Shown here: piece after piece, positions 46,301-58,819 of the stretch | How positions within the stretch are numbered: the first letter of the stretch is position 1 | Layout: each line of letters starts with the position of its first letter | NCBI RefSeq assembly: GCF_046119375.1 | Contig: NW_027362771.1 | Span: 396,490,001 to 396,554,000, forward strand | DNA from: Phyllobates terribilis | Taxonomy: Eukaryota | DNA: 64,000 nucleotides | Direction of reading: 5' to 3' | Translations under genes and position numbers: made by a program | Notes under the pieces: generated by a model | The model's input: the letters and a program-made list of their open reading frames with translations, nothing else | Database searches by the model: none | What the model was told of the DNA's origin: nothing

Positions 46301-47220
46301 CACCTGTGCTTGCTAAGGACTTTATCCATCACATCTTTCGTCTCCACGGCTTACCCCTCCACATTGTCTTGTACCGAAGAGTTCAGTTCACTTCTCGCTT
46401 CTGGAGAGCCACGTGCAAGCTGCTGGATGTCTCTTTGGACTTTTCTTCGGCCTATCATTCTCAGTCCAATGGTCAAGTGGAGCGTATTAATCAGATCCTT
46501 ACCAGTTTTCTTCGGCATTTTGTCAAAGCTCACCATAGCGATTGGGTAGAACTCCTGCCTTGGGCCGAGTTTTCTTATAACAACCATGTGAGTGAGTCCT
46601 CTGCTATGTCTCCTTTTTTTGTGTTTTACGGCCGACACCCCCGAATTCCTTTTCTCGTCTCCTCTTCAGTGGACAATACTGCCACGGAGTCTCTTGTCAG
46701 TGAATTTTCGGTGATTTGGGAAGACACTAGATCTGCGCTTCTTCAGTCCTCCGAGCAGATGAAGAAGCATGCTGATAAGAGACGTCTGGAACTGCCTCTA
46801 TTTCGTCCGGGAAACAAGGTCTGGCTTTCCTCCAAATATGTCCGCCTCAAGATACCATCATACAAGTTGGGTCCACGGTTTATCGATCCTTTAGAGATTC
46901 TGGGCCAAATAAATCCAGTGGTGTATTAGCTAAAACTCCCTGCCTCCTTACGGATTCCCAATTCCTTTCACGTGTCTCTCCTCAAGCCTGTTGTCCTTAA
47001 TCGTTTATCTGACTATCCAGGTACCACGCCAGCTCTAGTCTCCGCTGAGGACGTCTTTGAAGTAGAGAACATTTTGGCCATCAAGAGGGTAAGAGGAAAG
47101 ACTTTCTTTCTTGTGGATTGGAAGGGGTTTGGTCCTGAGGAGAGGTCTTGGGAGCCCAGGGAGAACATTCATGCCCCTCGTCTTCTAGAAAAATTTCTTG
47201 AGGGCCTAAAGAAGAGGGGC
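43345..47220 (+). pseudogene. gag-pol pseudogene of D with C-terminal chromodomain
   Basis: ORF pieces 43517-47403 with multiple stops. Protease motif DSG is mutated to DSR. Chromodomain FEVENIL...FLVDWKGFGPEERSWEP. Confidence 0.92.
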
Positions 47221-48283
47221 ATAAAGGGGGGGTACTGCCGGGCAGAGACGTCGATCCCCTCACCGCCGCGGTCCCAGTCCGGCGTCCTCCGGCTCCCCCC
47301 CAGCGTCTGCCCGGGCACTGTGCTAAGGTTCCCTGGGCACTGTGCTAAGGTTGCGCGCGCGCGCACTCCCTCCCTCTTAAAGGGGCCGCGCACGCCGTCC
47401 TAAAGAGTCCCCGGGCAATTTCCGGAGTACTTCCCCTATATAAGGCACCTCCTCCAAAATGGAGGTGCCTGTGCAAGATTGTTGTTTGTGTGCTAACACT
47501 CTCCTCAGTCCTCAGGTCCCAGTGCCCGTCAGCCTGTCTATCAGCCGTGCCCGCCTGTCTACCGGCCGTGCTCATCCGCTGTGCCTGTCAGCTTCAGCCA
47601 TCAGTCCCATGGGAGTCGCCTGCTCTCACAAGGTCGGTCCCAGAGTGCCACCTGGTTCACCTTCCCGGTCCCTCCTTGGTTCACGGAGTCGACTAAGCCT
47701 CTGTGTGGCCAGGGTCGGTCCGGGTAGGCACTTAGTTACGCCCCTCTGATCCCTCCTTGCATCACAGCACAGAGGTTCCACCACCCAGATCCGTAACAGA
47801 ATACATTTTGTTACATAATAATTTTGCGTTCAAAGATCGATACTACCTACAGAAGAAAGAGGTGGCAATGGCCGCGGCTTGGGCCCCATCTTACGCCAAT
47901 CTCTCCTTGGGATTTTGGGAGTGTGAATACATCCGATTCCAGAACATTGAACATACGTCATTGGGATCAGAGATATCTTGGATGAGATTCATAGACAATG
48001 TGTTGTTTATTTTGCAGGGCTCCCATGAGGAACTTGAAAAATTCTTAAAATATCTCAATGACAATGCATTGAATATTAAGCTAACCCATCATATTGATCA
48101 AAAGAAAATTGATTTTCTGGATTTGGATATTCATGTTGATGACCATGGACAGTTGCATACAAATATTTATCGCAAGAATACTAGTGCCAATGCTTTCTTG
48201 CATGCCAAATCAGTCATCTGGCACATGTAATACAGGCAATGCCGTCTGGACAATTTATTAGGGCACATTGTATTTGTATCATC

Positions 48284-48327
48284 ACACCCCTGATGAAGCC
48301 ATAAGCATTTGGCGTAACGCGTAGGTT
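48284..48327 (+). ncRNA. Degenerate hammerhead motif at the PLE 3' side (GAAA mutated to GTAA)
   Basis: CTGATGA-A, stem II GCC/GGC, then GTAAC-GCG-TA. Confidence 0.5.
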
Positions 48328-48968
48328 ATTTATACTTTTTCCTTTTCTCTGTGCATCTTTATTTTCTGGTACTCTCCTTATTCCTACATTGCTTTATACT
48401 TAATTTATTTGTGGGCTTGATAGTGGAGCATAGATATTTTCTACTATGCTCTCTTACCAATTGATTTACCTATACCATGCTATATATATTTTAGCGATAT
48501 TTGGAATTATGTACCATTGTTATTGAAGTACATTTATCTTGCATAGTTGTGTAATACATCTTTGACATATCTATTATTTTTTTTTGTTTGGGTGAATTTT
48601 TTTCCTTTTTTGTCTTTTGTCCTGTGTATGTTTTTTATCATGTTTTTTAATAATGTCCTATGTAGTGTGTTTTGAGACTAATAAAATTTTGCATATTCTT
48701 GTACATTAGTATCTTTATATCTATTTATCAATTGTATTTGGTGCCCTGGATTTGTCCCAATCCCCCTTGTCTTTTTCTTATGCTTGTTTGCATTCATGGG
48801 GACATTGGCACAAATACATAATTAATATTTAGTGTGGTGCTAGGTCTGCCCCTTACTTCTTGCACATTGTATTTGTGACCAAGACAAAGCTTTTGAAGAA
48901 TAGGCATGTGATATGACCAGTAGATACTTACAACGTGGTACAAAATGGAAATTATTCAACAGGCCTAC

Positions 48969-50258
48969 TGACGCGCCCCCTGGGCCTGTGTTGTGCAGGG
49001 GATACCCGGAGCCGGATCGCTGGGGGTTGTAGTCTCCATGGCGCTGACCCGGTCCGTGCCCAGGGTGGTCAATTCAGTGGCAGTCTTAGTGTAATAACAA
49101 ATGTCCGACTACGCCACCCGTGGATTCCGGTCAGTGGGGACCGCCGCTGTGCTGCAGACCGCTGAGGCTGATGTTGTATGCGCAGCCAAGTATGGGATTA
49201 CTCCCCACGGGAGAAGTATTGCCTCAGGGCAGCTAGTGTGGATGATGGGAGTGATGGTGTAAGCGTCCCAGTACTAATGGTGCTGGTGCGGCGATGAAAC
49301 ACAGAGACGTGTGGTGCAGTTTCCAATGCATTACTCACAGTTCTCATCCAGGTCACTTGTGCACATGAAGGACCGCCTGAGCCGTGCTGCGTTCACCAGG
49401 CAAGGGGCTCGACCAACTCCCAGGCAATTCCAGAGCGTGGCACAGGGCTCCCTTCTCTTCCCTTCTCTGGCCGTCCTCACCAGTGACCCACCTTTGTCCA
49501 GCTTCCTCGGGCCTTCTCTTGTCGAAGCCTATCTCCGGTTTCCCTGACCCTATGTGGTATGCTTTCCTGGTGGATGTAGTGAGGGGTCGCACCAAGATGT
49601 GGTCACAACCTCCGGTCCTTGGCTGAGGAATCTGTTGCCTCCACCAATTTGGGTCCCGGTACCCTGCTCTGCCAACCCTTCACCCGCAATCTCCTGGGCC
49701 TTTGGGGTTCCTTCTTCACTCATGTCTCTGGGCCTCTCTTGATGTTTCGTTCCTTGCTTCCTTTCTCCTCTGTTCCAGTTCCTTTCTTACTTTCCTTTCT
49801 GTTCCTTCTCCTCTCTCTCTCTCAGGCCCCGGCCTCCTGACAAGGCCTGCCCGTGGAGCAGAGCCCATGCAGCAGCTCTGCTCCCTGTCACTTCTCTTCA
49901 GACTGCACACTGATCTAAGATGGTGCCCACCTTATATACCTCGCTTATGTGTGAGCCCAGGTGACTAGCAACCAATGGGCTCCTACCTATGCCCAGAGAC
50001 CCACCCCTATCTGCTCCTACACCACTGGGTTTTCCTCCCCCTCCCCACTCCAGCCAGGGACAGAAGCTGTCGTGCCTGCACTTCTGTGGGAGCACCGTTG
50101 AGCTGTCCCTCGGAAATGAGGTGTGTGTGGTGCATGCAGCCTAACGAGCCCTAGTCCACACTGCATCCTTACCCGGGAGTGGAATATCACACCTCTGGTT
50201 TGAGGTGCAATACCCCTGTAGCAGCCGAGCACTCGGGGTGCTACATTCCCCCCTGGTA
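48969..50258 (-). mobile_element. 3' LTR (U3 type X) plus PPT of a Gypsy whose interior is deleted
   Basis: LTR at 48969-50245 (TG...CA), followed by TTCCCCCCCTGGT (PPT on minus). Confidence 0.88.
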
Positions 50259-51228
50259 AATCACAGCAGCTCAGATTAGAGACCAGGTCAATGCCACACA
50301 GAGTTCTAGCAGCAGACATATCTCTACAACTGTTAAGAGGAGACTTTGTGCAGCAGGCCTTCATGGTAAAATAGCTGCTAGGAAACCACTGCTAAGGACA
50401 GGCAACAAGCAGAAGAGACTTGCTTGGGCTAAAAAACACAAGGAATGGACATTAGACCAGTGGAAATCTGTGCTTTGGTCTGATGAGTCCAAATTTGAGA
50501 TCTTTGGTTCCAACCACCGTGTCTTTGTGCGACGCAGAAAAGGTGAACGGATGGACTCTACATGCCTGATTCCCACCGTGAAGCATGGAGGAGGAGGTGT
50601 GATGGTGTGGGGGTGCTTTGCTGGTGACACTGTTGGGGATTTATTCAAAATTGAAGGCATACTGTACCAGCATGGCTACCACAGCATCTTGCAGCGGCAT
50701 GCTATTCCATCCGGTTTGAGTTTAGTTGGACCATCATTTATTTTTCAACAGGACAATGACCCCAAACACACCTCCAGGCTGTGTAAGGGCTATTTGACTA
50801 AGAGAGAGAGTGATGGGGTGCTACGCCAGATTACCTGGCCTCCACAGTCACCAGACCTGAACCCAATCAAGATGGTTTGGGGTGAGCTGGACCGCAGAGA
50901 GAAGGCAAAAGGGCCAACAAGTGCTAAGCATCTCTGGGAACTCTTTCAAGATTGTTGGAAGACCATTTCCGGTGACTACCTCTTGAAGCTCATCAAGAGA
51001 ATGCCAAGAGTGTGCAAAGCAGTCATCAAAGCAAAAGGTGGCTACTTTGAAGAACCTAGAATGTAAGGCATATTTTCAGTTGTTTCACACTTTTTGTTAA
51101 GTATATAATTCCACATGTGTTAATTCATAGTTTTGATGCCTTCAGTGTGAATGTACAATTTTCATAGTCATGAAAATACAGAAAAAACTTTAAATGAGAA
51201 GGTGTGTCCAAACTTTTGGTCTGTACTG
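50259..51228 (+). mobile_element. Tc1-like transposon, DD38E (Intruder-type), 5'-truncated
   Basis: WSDESKF (D1), QQDNDPKH (D2) and SPDLNPIK (E mutated to K) with 38 intervening residues. Stop at 51066. The terminus ...GGTCTGTACTG ends at 51228, followed by TA. Confidence 0.88.
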
Positions 51229-51387
51229 TATATATACATACCCCACATTCAGACTATAAGACATACGCCCCCACTTTCCTCCAAAATTGTGTCTTATAGT
51301 CCGAAAAATACGGTATATAACATGCATTATGCATATTTCTTGGATTATATCCATTGGATGAATAGTATTTTTTTTTATATAGAAATA

Positions 51388-52765
51388 CTGCATTTTTCGG
51401 ACTATAAGACGCACCGGACCATAAGACGCACCTAGGTTTTAGGGGAGGAAAATAAAAAAAAAAATTTAAGGAAAAAATGTGTTCATGATGCACTTTTAAG
51501 GAGGAGGGGGTCTTCTGCTGACACTGGTATAGGGATAATGTCCCCCAATTCTGACAATATTCCCCATCCTGGAATATATTCCCCTGCCCTTCCTTTTATA
51601 CGTGGTCCCCATCCCCATCCTGGTATGCCTGGCATCTCTCCATCCTGGTATGCATGGCACAGCTCATCCCTATCCTGCTATGCATGGCACCCCTCATCTC
51701 TATCCTGGTATGCATGGCAACCTCATCCCTATCCTGGTATGCATGGCACCCCTCATCCCTATCCTGGTATGCATGGCACCCCTCATCCCCGTCCTGGTAT
51801 GCATGGCACCCCTCATCCCTGTCCTGGTATGCATGGCACCCCTAATCCTTATCCTGGTATGCATGGCACCCCTAATCCCTATCCTGGTATGCATGGCACC
51901 CCTCATCCTTATCCTGGTATGTGTGGCCCCTCATCCTTATCGTGGTATGTATGGCCCCCTCATCTTTATCCTGTTATGTCTGCCCCCTTCAGCGTTATCC
52001 TGGTATGCATGGCACCCCTAATCCGTACCCTTGTACGTATGGCCCCTTCATCCTTATCCTAGTATGCATGGTCCCCCTAATCCTCACCAGGCTGCACATA
52101 AAAAAATAAACACTCCTACTCACCTTTCTTCTCTCCTCCAGTGCTGCGTCCTGTCTGCCCGCACTGCTCTCTCCATCTGAGCCGCGCATGACATCACTGC
52201 CATGCACGGCTCACAAGGAGAGAGATCAGCTGCCGGAAGTCATTGCTCCCCACACCGGGACTGTGAGCGCGGAGAGCAGTGACTTCATGCTCCTTAATAG
52301 CCGCCACACAGTGTAGCCGCAGCACGGCTCCTGCTGCTGCCGGGCTATTGCGTGTGCCCACTTATTAAAGGGCATGAATATTCACCCCTCCCCACGCCCA
52401 TGGGCATGGAGAGAGGTTGAATATTCATGCCCTTTAACAGCGGGCACAGGCGATTCCGGCAACAGCAGGAGCTGCGCTGCGGCTACACTGTGTGCCTCTA
52501 TTAAGGGGCATGAATATTCAGTGCTCCCCACGCCCCATGGGGGTGAGGAGCAGTGAATATTCATTTTCTTTAGCAGTGGGGACAGTGTAGGCTGCAGCGG
52601 GCGGCTGCTGCCTCCTGTGCCCCGCACCTCGGCCGCTACCACTCCCCCCGCACCCCACACAATGTATATATATACCCCCCCAAAATTTGGACTATAAGAT
52701 GCACCCCTCATTTTCCTCCAAAATTTTGGAGGAAAAAAGTGTGTTTTATAGTACGAAAAATATGG
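51388..52765. mobile_element. Tc1/mariner-type MITE (same family as 41159) carrying a 30-bp minisatellite
   Basis: TA-flanked TIRs ATTTTTCGGACTATAAGACGC / TTATAGTACGAAAAATATGG. Confidence 0.78.
51610..52090. repeat. 30-bp minisatellite (ATCCTGGTATGCATGGCACCCCTCATCCCT) x~15
   Basis: Directly visible period-30 array. Confidence 0.95.
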
Positions 52766-54919
52766 TATATAAACTCAGCATTAAATCTTTTAAGCTTAAT
52801 ATAATACTTGTTTGTGCAATATATCCTTTTTTTGGACTATTTATATTAAAAATTAAATTATATTGATATTCATCAGTGGGACCAATGAAGTTATCAAATT
52901 AATTTTTTCGCATTTGCACTTTAAACTTGATTATCATGTAATGTATAATAAAATTCTATGCAATTTATCATATATTGACCTTTTTGAATTGGTATTCCCT
53001 GTATGTAGCATGGAGTGCACACTCATCTCCTTCGCCCTGTAACATAATTTTATTCCTTTACACCCTTTTCTTTCCCCTCCACATCATTTTTTATAACATG
53101 TATAACATGTTTTGTGTTTTTAATCGATTTAATAAAGAGATACATATTTTCCAATATACTCTTGTTGCCTAATTTATAGATATAATTTTCTAGGTTTATA
53201 TTATCATATTAGCCCTAATCTATTGCTCACTGTTGTTTCCCAGGGACTTATAGGGACTTTGAGGGATAGACCACTTGTGAGTGGGGGCGCCATTGTCGTA
53301 CTATATTTAGGGTGCCAACCCCTGCAGTCAGGAATGATCATCATAGAGGACAATAGGAGGAGACTAGTTCTGCACATTCATTATTTTTCACTTTTATCTT
53401 CAGATTATTTCTTTGTATGGATAATTGTAATTATCTTTAATAAAGGTTGGATTTTAAGGGTTTTTTATGCAAATTATTTGGTTATACCCTTTGTTTGATA
53501 TGCTGTTAGTTGGTTAAAAAAAAATTAAAAAAATAAAAAGTTCAAATCACCCCTCTTTGCCCCATTGAAAGTAAAGATATTAAAAAAAAAATACACAGAC
53601 AAAATAAAGTATAAATGTTGAGTGCCCAAGAACAATTGTGCCAAAGAGAAATAACACTTTACAACTATATATAGATGGAATATATTTATGAATTAAAATA
53701 AACAATAATGAAAGTCAAAAAATGGGCAAAGGGTACCCAAACAAAGGTGGCACTTGGGGTAAGTATATGCATAATTGTTATTCCATTGATAGGGCAGTAG
53801 AATGAATATGTTCATCAGTGGTAAAATACCACAGCTATATAATCAAACATAGGGTATGTACATAAGTAGGAATATGGTAAGTATATATCGTTTAAATAGC
53901 AGCAAAAAGTACTTTATGTACAACCCTAAAAATTTGGGGGGCCAAACTTCAGATTTTTTTCACCACTTAAATAATTAAAAACTGGACATGTTGGGTATTG
54001 CCATAATCGTATTGATGAGGAGAATAATAGTGCAAGGTCATTTTTACTACAATATGTAAACACAATTCCAAAAAAACAATGTCATATTATATTTTTTTAC
54101 CACAATTTCACCGCACTTGGAATTGTTTCCCTTTTTCCAGTACACTAGTGGTGAAATGAATGGTGTCATTCAAAAGTAAAACTTGTCCCGCAAAAAAATA
54201 AGCCCTCATATGTCTATGTGGACAAAAAAATAGTTATGGCTCTGGGAAGAAGGGGATGAAAAAATGGAAACACAAAAGCGGAAATTAGCTGTGGCGTGAA
54301 GGGGTTAAGTCTGAACCAAATCTGCAAGTCACAAATAAGCAACGTGTGCATGAGACTTCAGTATTCTCATTCACTTTGCTGGCATCAGGAAATCCTTCAG
54401 GTTTTGTGACAAATCTGCACTGAAAAAAAAACGCAGCATAAAGCATCGTGTGCACTCAGCCTTACAGTAGGAGTGTCTATTTACCCATTACAACCAATCA
54501 GAAATCAGCTTTCATTTTACCAAAGCAGGTTGAGAAATTAAAGCTGAGCTCTGGTTGGTTGCTATGGACAACAAAGACAATGTAATGAACAGTTTTGATA
54601 AATGAGGCTGTGAGACTCCACATTATACATCAGGGGACAGAAGCTCCATGTCACCGATCTATCACTGCTGTCAGGAGATGGGATCAAGAACAATTGATGA
54701 GAATCTAGCAATATGGGTGATGTGCTCCGCATTACAGGAACCATATAGGAGAAGACCTCAATATGGAGGATAACGCAGACATGGCACACCCGCTACAGCA
54801 GGTACACAAGGCAGACACAAGGATTTCTAAATGTATGGCGTACGGTGCTGAGAAGCAACTGCAATGCTCATGAAATAACCCTCCTAAGAGACGGACAATC
54901 CTTTACAAGTATCACTGGG

Positions 54920-55328
54920 ATTATTATTATTTATTATTATTATGGCGCCATTTATTCCCTGTCGCTTTACATGTGAGAAGGTGTATACATAGTAAAGACA
55001 AGCACAATAATCATGAACAATACAAGTCAGCGACTGGTCCAGGAGGAGAGAGGACCCTGCCCGCGAGGGCCACAGTCTACAAGGGATGGGTGAGGGTACA
55101 GTAGGTGAGGGTAGGTCTGGTCGTGCAGCGATGTGGTGGAGCGAGGGTTAATGCAGGTTGTAGGCTTGTCAGAAGAGGTCGGTCTTCATGTTCCTTCTGA
55201 AGGTTTCCACAGTAGGAGAAAGTCTGATATGTTGAGGTAGAGCTTTCCAGAGTAGGGAGGATGCACTGGAGAAATCTTGTATGCGATTGTGGGAAGAGGC
55301 AATAAGAGGGGAGTAGAGAAGGAGATTG
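54920..55328 (-). mobile_element. L2 LINE 3' end with (AAT)n tail
   Basis: Minus SHNRIQDFSSASSLLWKALPQHIRLSPTVETF...AYNLH*, then a 3'UTR and AAT repeats. Confidence 0.8.
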
Positions 55329-55550
55329 CAACATTCCAACATTTGCACAAATTTGGCAACTTTTTGGGACCATTTTCTGCAGAAAGTAATTTAAGGGGTT
55401 GTCCACTACATGTCAACCCCTTCTGGAATGCTACAGTTCCCCAAATAAAGTAAAAACACTTCATATTTACCTCAGTGCCAACATCGTTGGAATGGCGCTA
55501 TTCCAGGAGGTATGTGTTTTTTATTTTATTTGAGGCACTGCAGCACTTAA

Positions 55551-55999
55551 AGGTACTATGTCACCAAGGTTTTGAAACCTAATCTGAGATATAATATATA
55601 TAGAGATATAGATATATAATATATAGAGATAAATGTTTCACTCATTGGGATGCTTGCTGTAGTTTTGATAAAATCACAGTTTTATCAGCAGGAGATTATC
55701 ACTACTGCTGCCAGGTAGTTATCTATATTCATGAGCTCTGTATAACCCCACCCCCACCACTGATTGGGAGTTTTCTGACTATGCACAGGGTACACACACA
55801 GAAAGCTGCCAATCAGTGTTGCTGGGTTATACAGAGCTCAGCATTCAGAGAACTTGTACATTTGTAGCTTAGAAAACTGTGATTTTGTCAAAATTATACC
55901 CTGCAATCCAATGAATAGTACATGCTTGGTAGAAGGGTCTCTGCCCCTATATCTTGCTGCTCTAATATAGGGTAACACAAAACTGCTGCCAGATTCCCT
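55551..55999. mobile_element. Kolobok/T2-type MITE
   Basis: TTAA|AGG...CCCT|TTAA with internal inverted repeats. Confidence 0.7.
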
Positions 56000-56303
56000 T
56001 TAAAAATGTGTCAGCATTTTCCATGTATTGTGGTAAATTTCAGCAGAACTGAACCAGGACATTACACAATGATAAGAACATTTCACCATGATTTGGGAAG
56101 AGATAACTCTGACCACTTTGTATTGGCAAACTGCCTATAACAACTATAATGATCTGCTCAAATATAAAACTGTTTTTTGTAATTTTTTATTATAAAGGTA
56201 GATTTGGAATCATTTTGGTGACTTTATCCCTGGATTACATGTGGAGATATAAAACATGTACAATAACGTTCCCTGTAATTACTAGTTACATTTCTTTTTT
56301 TAC

Positions 56304-56763
56304 CTGAGCCTCCCACGTCTTCTTTCTTCTGGCTATTGGCCTGTATTGATGGTGTCTTTCCTTCCTCTGAACAGTCCAGGCTGATTCTTCTGTTCTTCGG
56401 TAATTTTCTCTGGACAATGATGTCTTCATCTGCTTGCGCCATCTCTGGGGTGGGAGACATCTTCCGTCCTGAGTCTGGTTTCTTCCTCTTTTTTCCCTTC
56501 CTTTGGGGCTTTTTGATAGAAGACTTCTCATCAGCCGATGAGCCCAAATGTCTTCTGTTCTTCAATCCTTCACTCTGGGCAATGACGTCCTCATCCACTT
56601 GCTCCATCTCTGGGGTGGGAGACATCTTTCGTCCCGAGTCTGTTTTTTTACCCTTTCTTCCTCTCCATTTGGGTTTTTTGATTGAAGACTCCTCATCAGC
56701 CGATGAGTCCAAGTGTCTTCTTTATCTCTCTTTCTTCTTCCCTACAATCTCCTCTTTTTCCAT
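56304..56763 (-). pseudogene. Probable first coding exon of the kinase (Lys/Arg/Glu-rich, 55-aa duplication, premature TAA at codon 14)
   Basis: ATG at 56763 and in-frame TAA at 56722-56724. The 165-bp unit is duplicated. The TCAG|GTAAAA donor is phase 1, compatible with the phase-1 exon at 35350. Its link to the kinase is inferred from phase, strand and position. Confidence 0.65.
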
Positions 56764-57521
56764 ATCATGAATTTGCTCACAGTCCGCAGACAACTTCTTC
56801 ACTATCACCAGTCAACTCCAACTGTCACTTTCCTCAACTGTCAACTGAGAGCACGGGCACCTGGATGGAACTGGTCATGTGATCAGTAACTGACCAATAA
56901 GATTCCAAGTTATATGCTACAGTATAAGTATGGGAATGTATCAGTTTGATATATGGGTTGTAATAAAATTAAATCTGTTTTCGTTCTACTGTTTTTAGTT
57001 AGTTGATTTAAACTTTATCTTTTCCATTTCCATCACTTCAGTATTATCTCACAGATAATTTTAGGATTTTAGGGCTCATTTTAACAATATGCTATATTAT
57101 TTATCCACATCAATGAACTACATACCTGACCATTGTACTTATTGAGAAACAGTTGAGATCTCTATATTATTTGTATCGAGTGGCTACAAACAAAGCAAAC
57201 AAGATGAGTTTCTCATCCACTGCTGTACTCAGCATAAGCAGCGTCTGAAATTACAAATGTTTGTTTTGATTGCTGCCTATGCAGAGCGCAGAAGTCTATG
57301 ACAAACTCATTTTGACTTCAGTGCTATGTATAAGCAGTGACCAAGATGACAGAAAATGAGCAATAAATTATTGAAGGCAGCTCTACTCATGTGTGGTGCA
57401 TATAAGCAGTGTTCATTCATTCTCTACTCATTTTCTGTTGTCCAAGTCTCTGTCTATGTAGAGGGAACCACTTGAGATGAGTTTGCCATAGGCTGTTGTG
57501 CTCTGCTTAGGCAGAGACTTA

Positions 57522-58262
57522 AGGCCCCGTCATACTTAGCGACGCTACAGCAATCCCGACAACGATACGACCTGTCAGGGATCGTTGCTGCGTCGCTATG
57601 TGATCGCTGGTGAGCTGTCAAACAGGCAGACTCACCAGCGATCAGGGGAGCAGCGACATCGTGGAAAGAATCTTTCCACGATGTCCTGCTCCTGGTTACC
57701 AGCCTGCTGAAGCAGGAGCAGGCTGGTAACCATGATAAACAGCGGGTTACTAGGGGCACACGCGCACTTAGTAACCCGCTGTTTATCATGGTTACCACTC
57801 TGCTACGGTGAGCAGGAGGTTACCGCTCACGTAGCAGGCTTGTAACCATGATAAACAGCGGGTTACTAGGGGCACACGCGCACTTAGTAACCCGCTGTTT
57901 ATCATGGTTACCACTCTGCTACGGTGAGCAGGAGGTTACCGCTCACCGTAGCAGAGTGGTAACCATGATAAACATCGGGTTACTAAGTGCGTGTGTGCCC
58001 CTAGTAACCCGCTGTTTATCATGGTTACCAGCCTGATTGCTGCTCCCGCTGGTCACACACAGCGATGTGTGCTGACCAGCGGGAGGGCAAAGACCAAAAA
58101 ATGGTCCAGGACATTTTGCAGCGATCAGCGACCTCACAGCAGGGGCCTGATCGCTGCAAAGTGTCACACATAGCGACATCGCTGGTGAGGTCGCTGTTGC
58201 GTCACCAAAACCGTAACTCAGCAGCGATCTCACTAGCGATCTCGCTATGTGAGACGGGGGCT
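57522..58262. mobile_element. PIF/Harbinger-type palindromic MITE
   Basis: TTA|AGGCCCCGTCA...GAGACGGGGGCT|TTA. Confidence 0.82.
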
Positions 58263-58819
58263 TTATATGAGAAAGCTCACTTCATTATACTAAGCTTTGT
58301 AATTTCCATCTTTGCTTATGTAGACCAGCAGCCACTTGCAAACTCATCTCCCCTTCTGAGCTCTGCATAAGCAGCATTGGGTGGGCATTCGCTTTGCCAC
58401 TCAACACTGTCTTCATTTATTGCATAGAGCTGCTTTTATAGTTTTACATTTTTTCTAACCCGAACTAGTGTTACAAGCAGATCAAGAGACTGGTTTAGGA
58501 TTAAGCTAATGGTTAGGGCTAGGAATAGGGCTAAGGTAATAACATTGTTCTATAAAAAATGTATTAAGATAGAAAATAGAAAGCATACAAATAAAATAAT
58601 GTATTGCGTTTTATATTTTTAAAATTCGAGAGATGCTGCTGTTAAATATTTCTGGAAATAGGATAAGGTCTCAGGGGCCAGGAATAATTTTTTTTGCATC
58701 TTAATCCTCATTATTTGCTTAAAAAGCAATCCAGAGAACACGTTTTTTCTGCACCATTTGCTTGTTGGCACTGCAGAATACAGCCAGGTCCTTTCCATAT
58801 TACAGCGCTAAAAATCCAT

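Larger units (their letters stand above)
42739..47798 (+). mobile_element. Tf1/sushi-group chromovirus D, full-length but decayed
   Basis: LTRs at 42739-43331 and 47236-47798 (the 3' LTR lacks ~25 bp after its initial TG). 5-bp TSD GAATA; PPT AAAGGGGGGG at 47223-47232. Gag is internally deleted but keeps a CCHC knuckle. GGGAAAC slippery site at 43969-43975; RT YLDD, RH, IN and chromodomain. Confidence 0.95.
42395..48290 (+). mobile_element. Penelope-like element RT fragment, interrupted by chromovirus D
   Basis: LYLLTKVH, CDVEPLYT*I and ...ILFEY|ILLHNNFAFKDRYYLQ...AWAPSYANL...WMRFIDNV...FLDL...YRK. The frame joins across the GAATA TSD. Confidence 0.88.
40348..54304 (+). mobile_element. piggyBac-like non-autonomous element split by ~12.7 kb of nested insertions (own sequence ~40348-40800 and ~53500-54304)
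   Basis: TTAA|CCCCTTCAC...GTGAAGGGG|TTAA. Both halves match the reverse complement of the uninterrupted relative at 20809-21893. Confidence 0.7.

Noticed and set aside
51538-52109. His/Pro/Gly-rich ORF (PHPYPGMHGT)n
   Set aside because: A 30-bp minisatellite inside a MITE, open in several frames.
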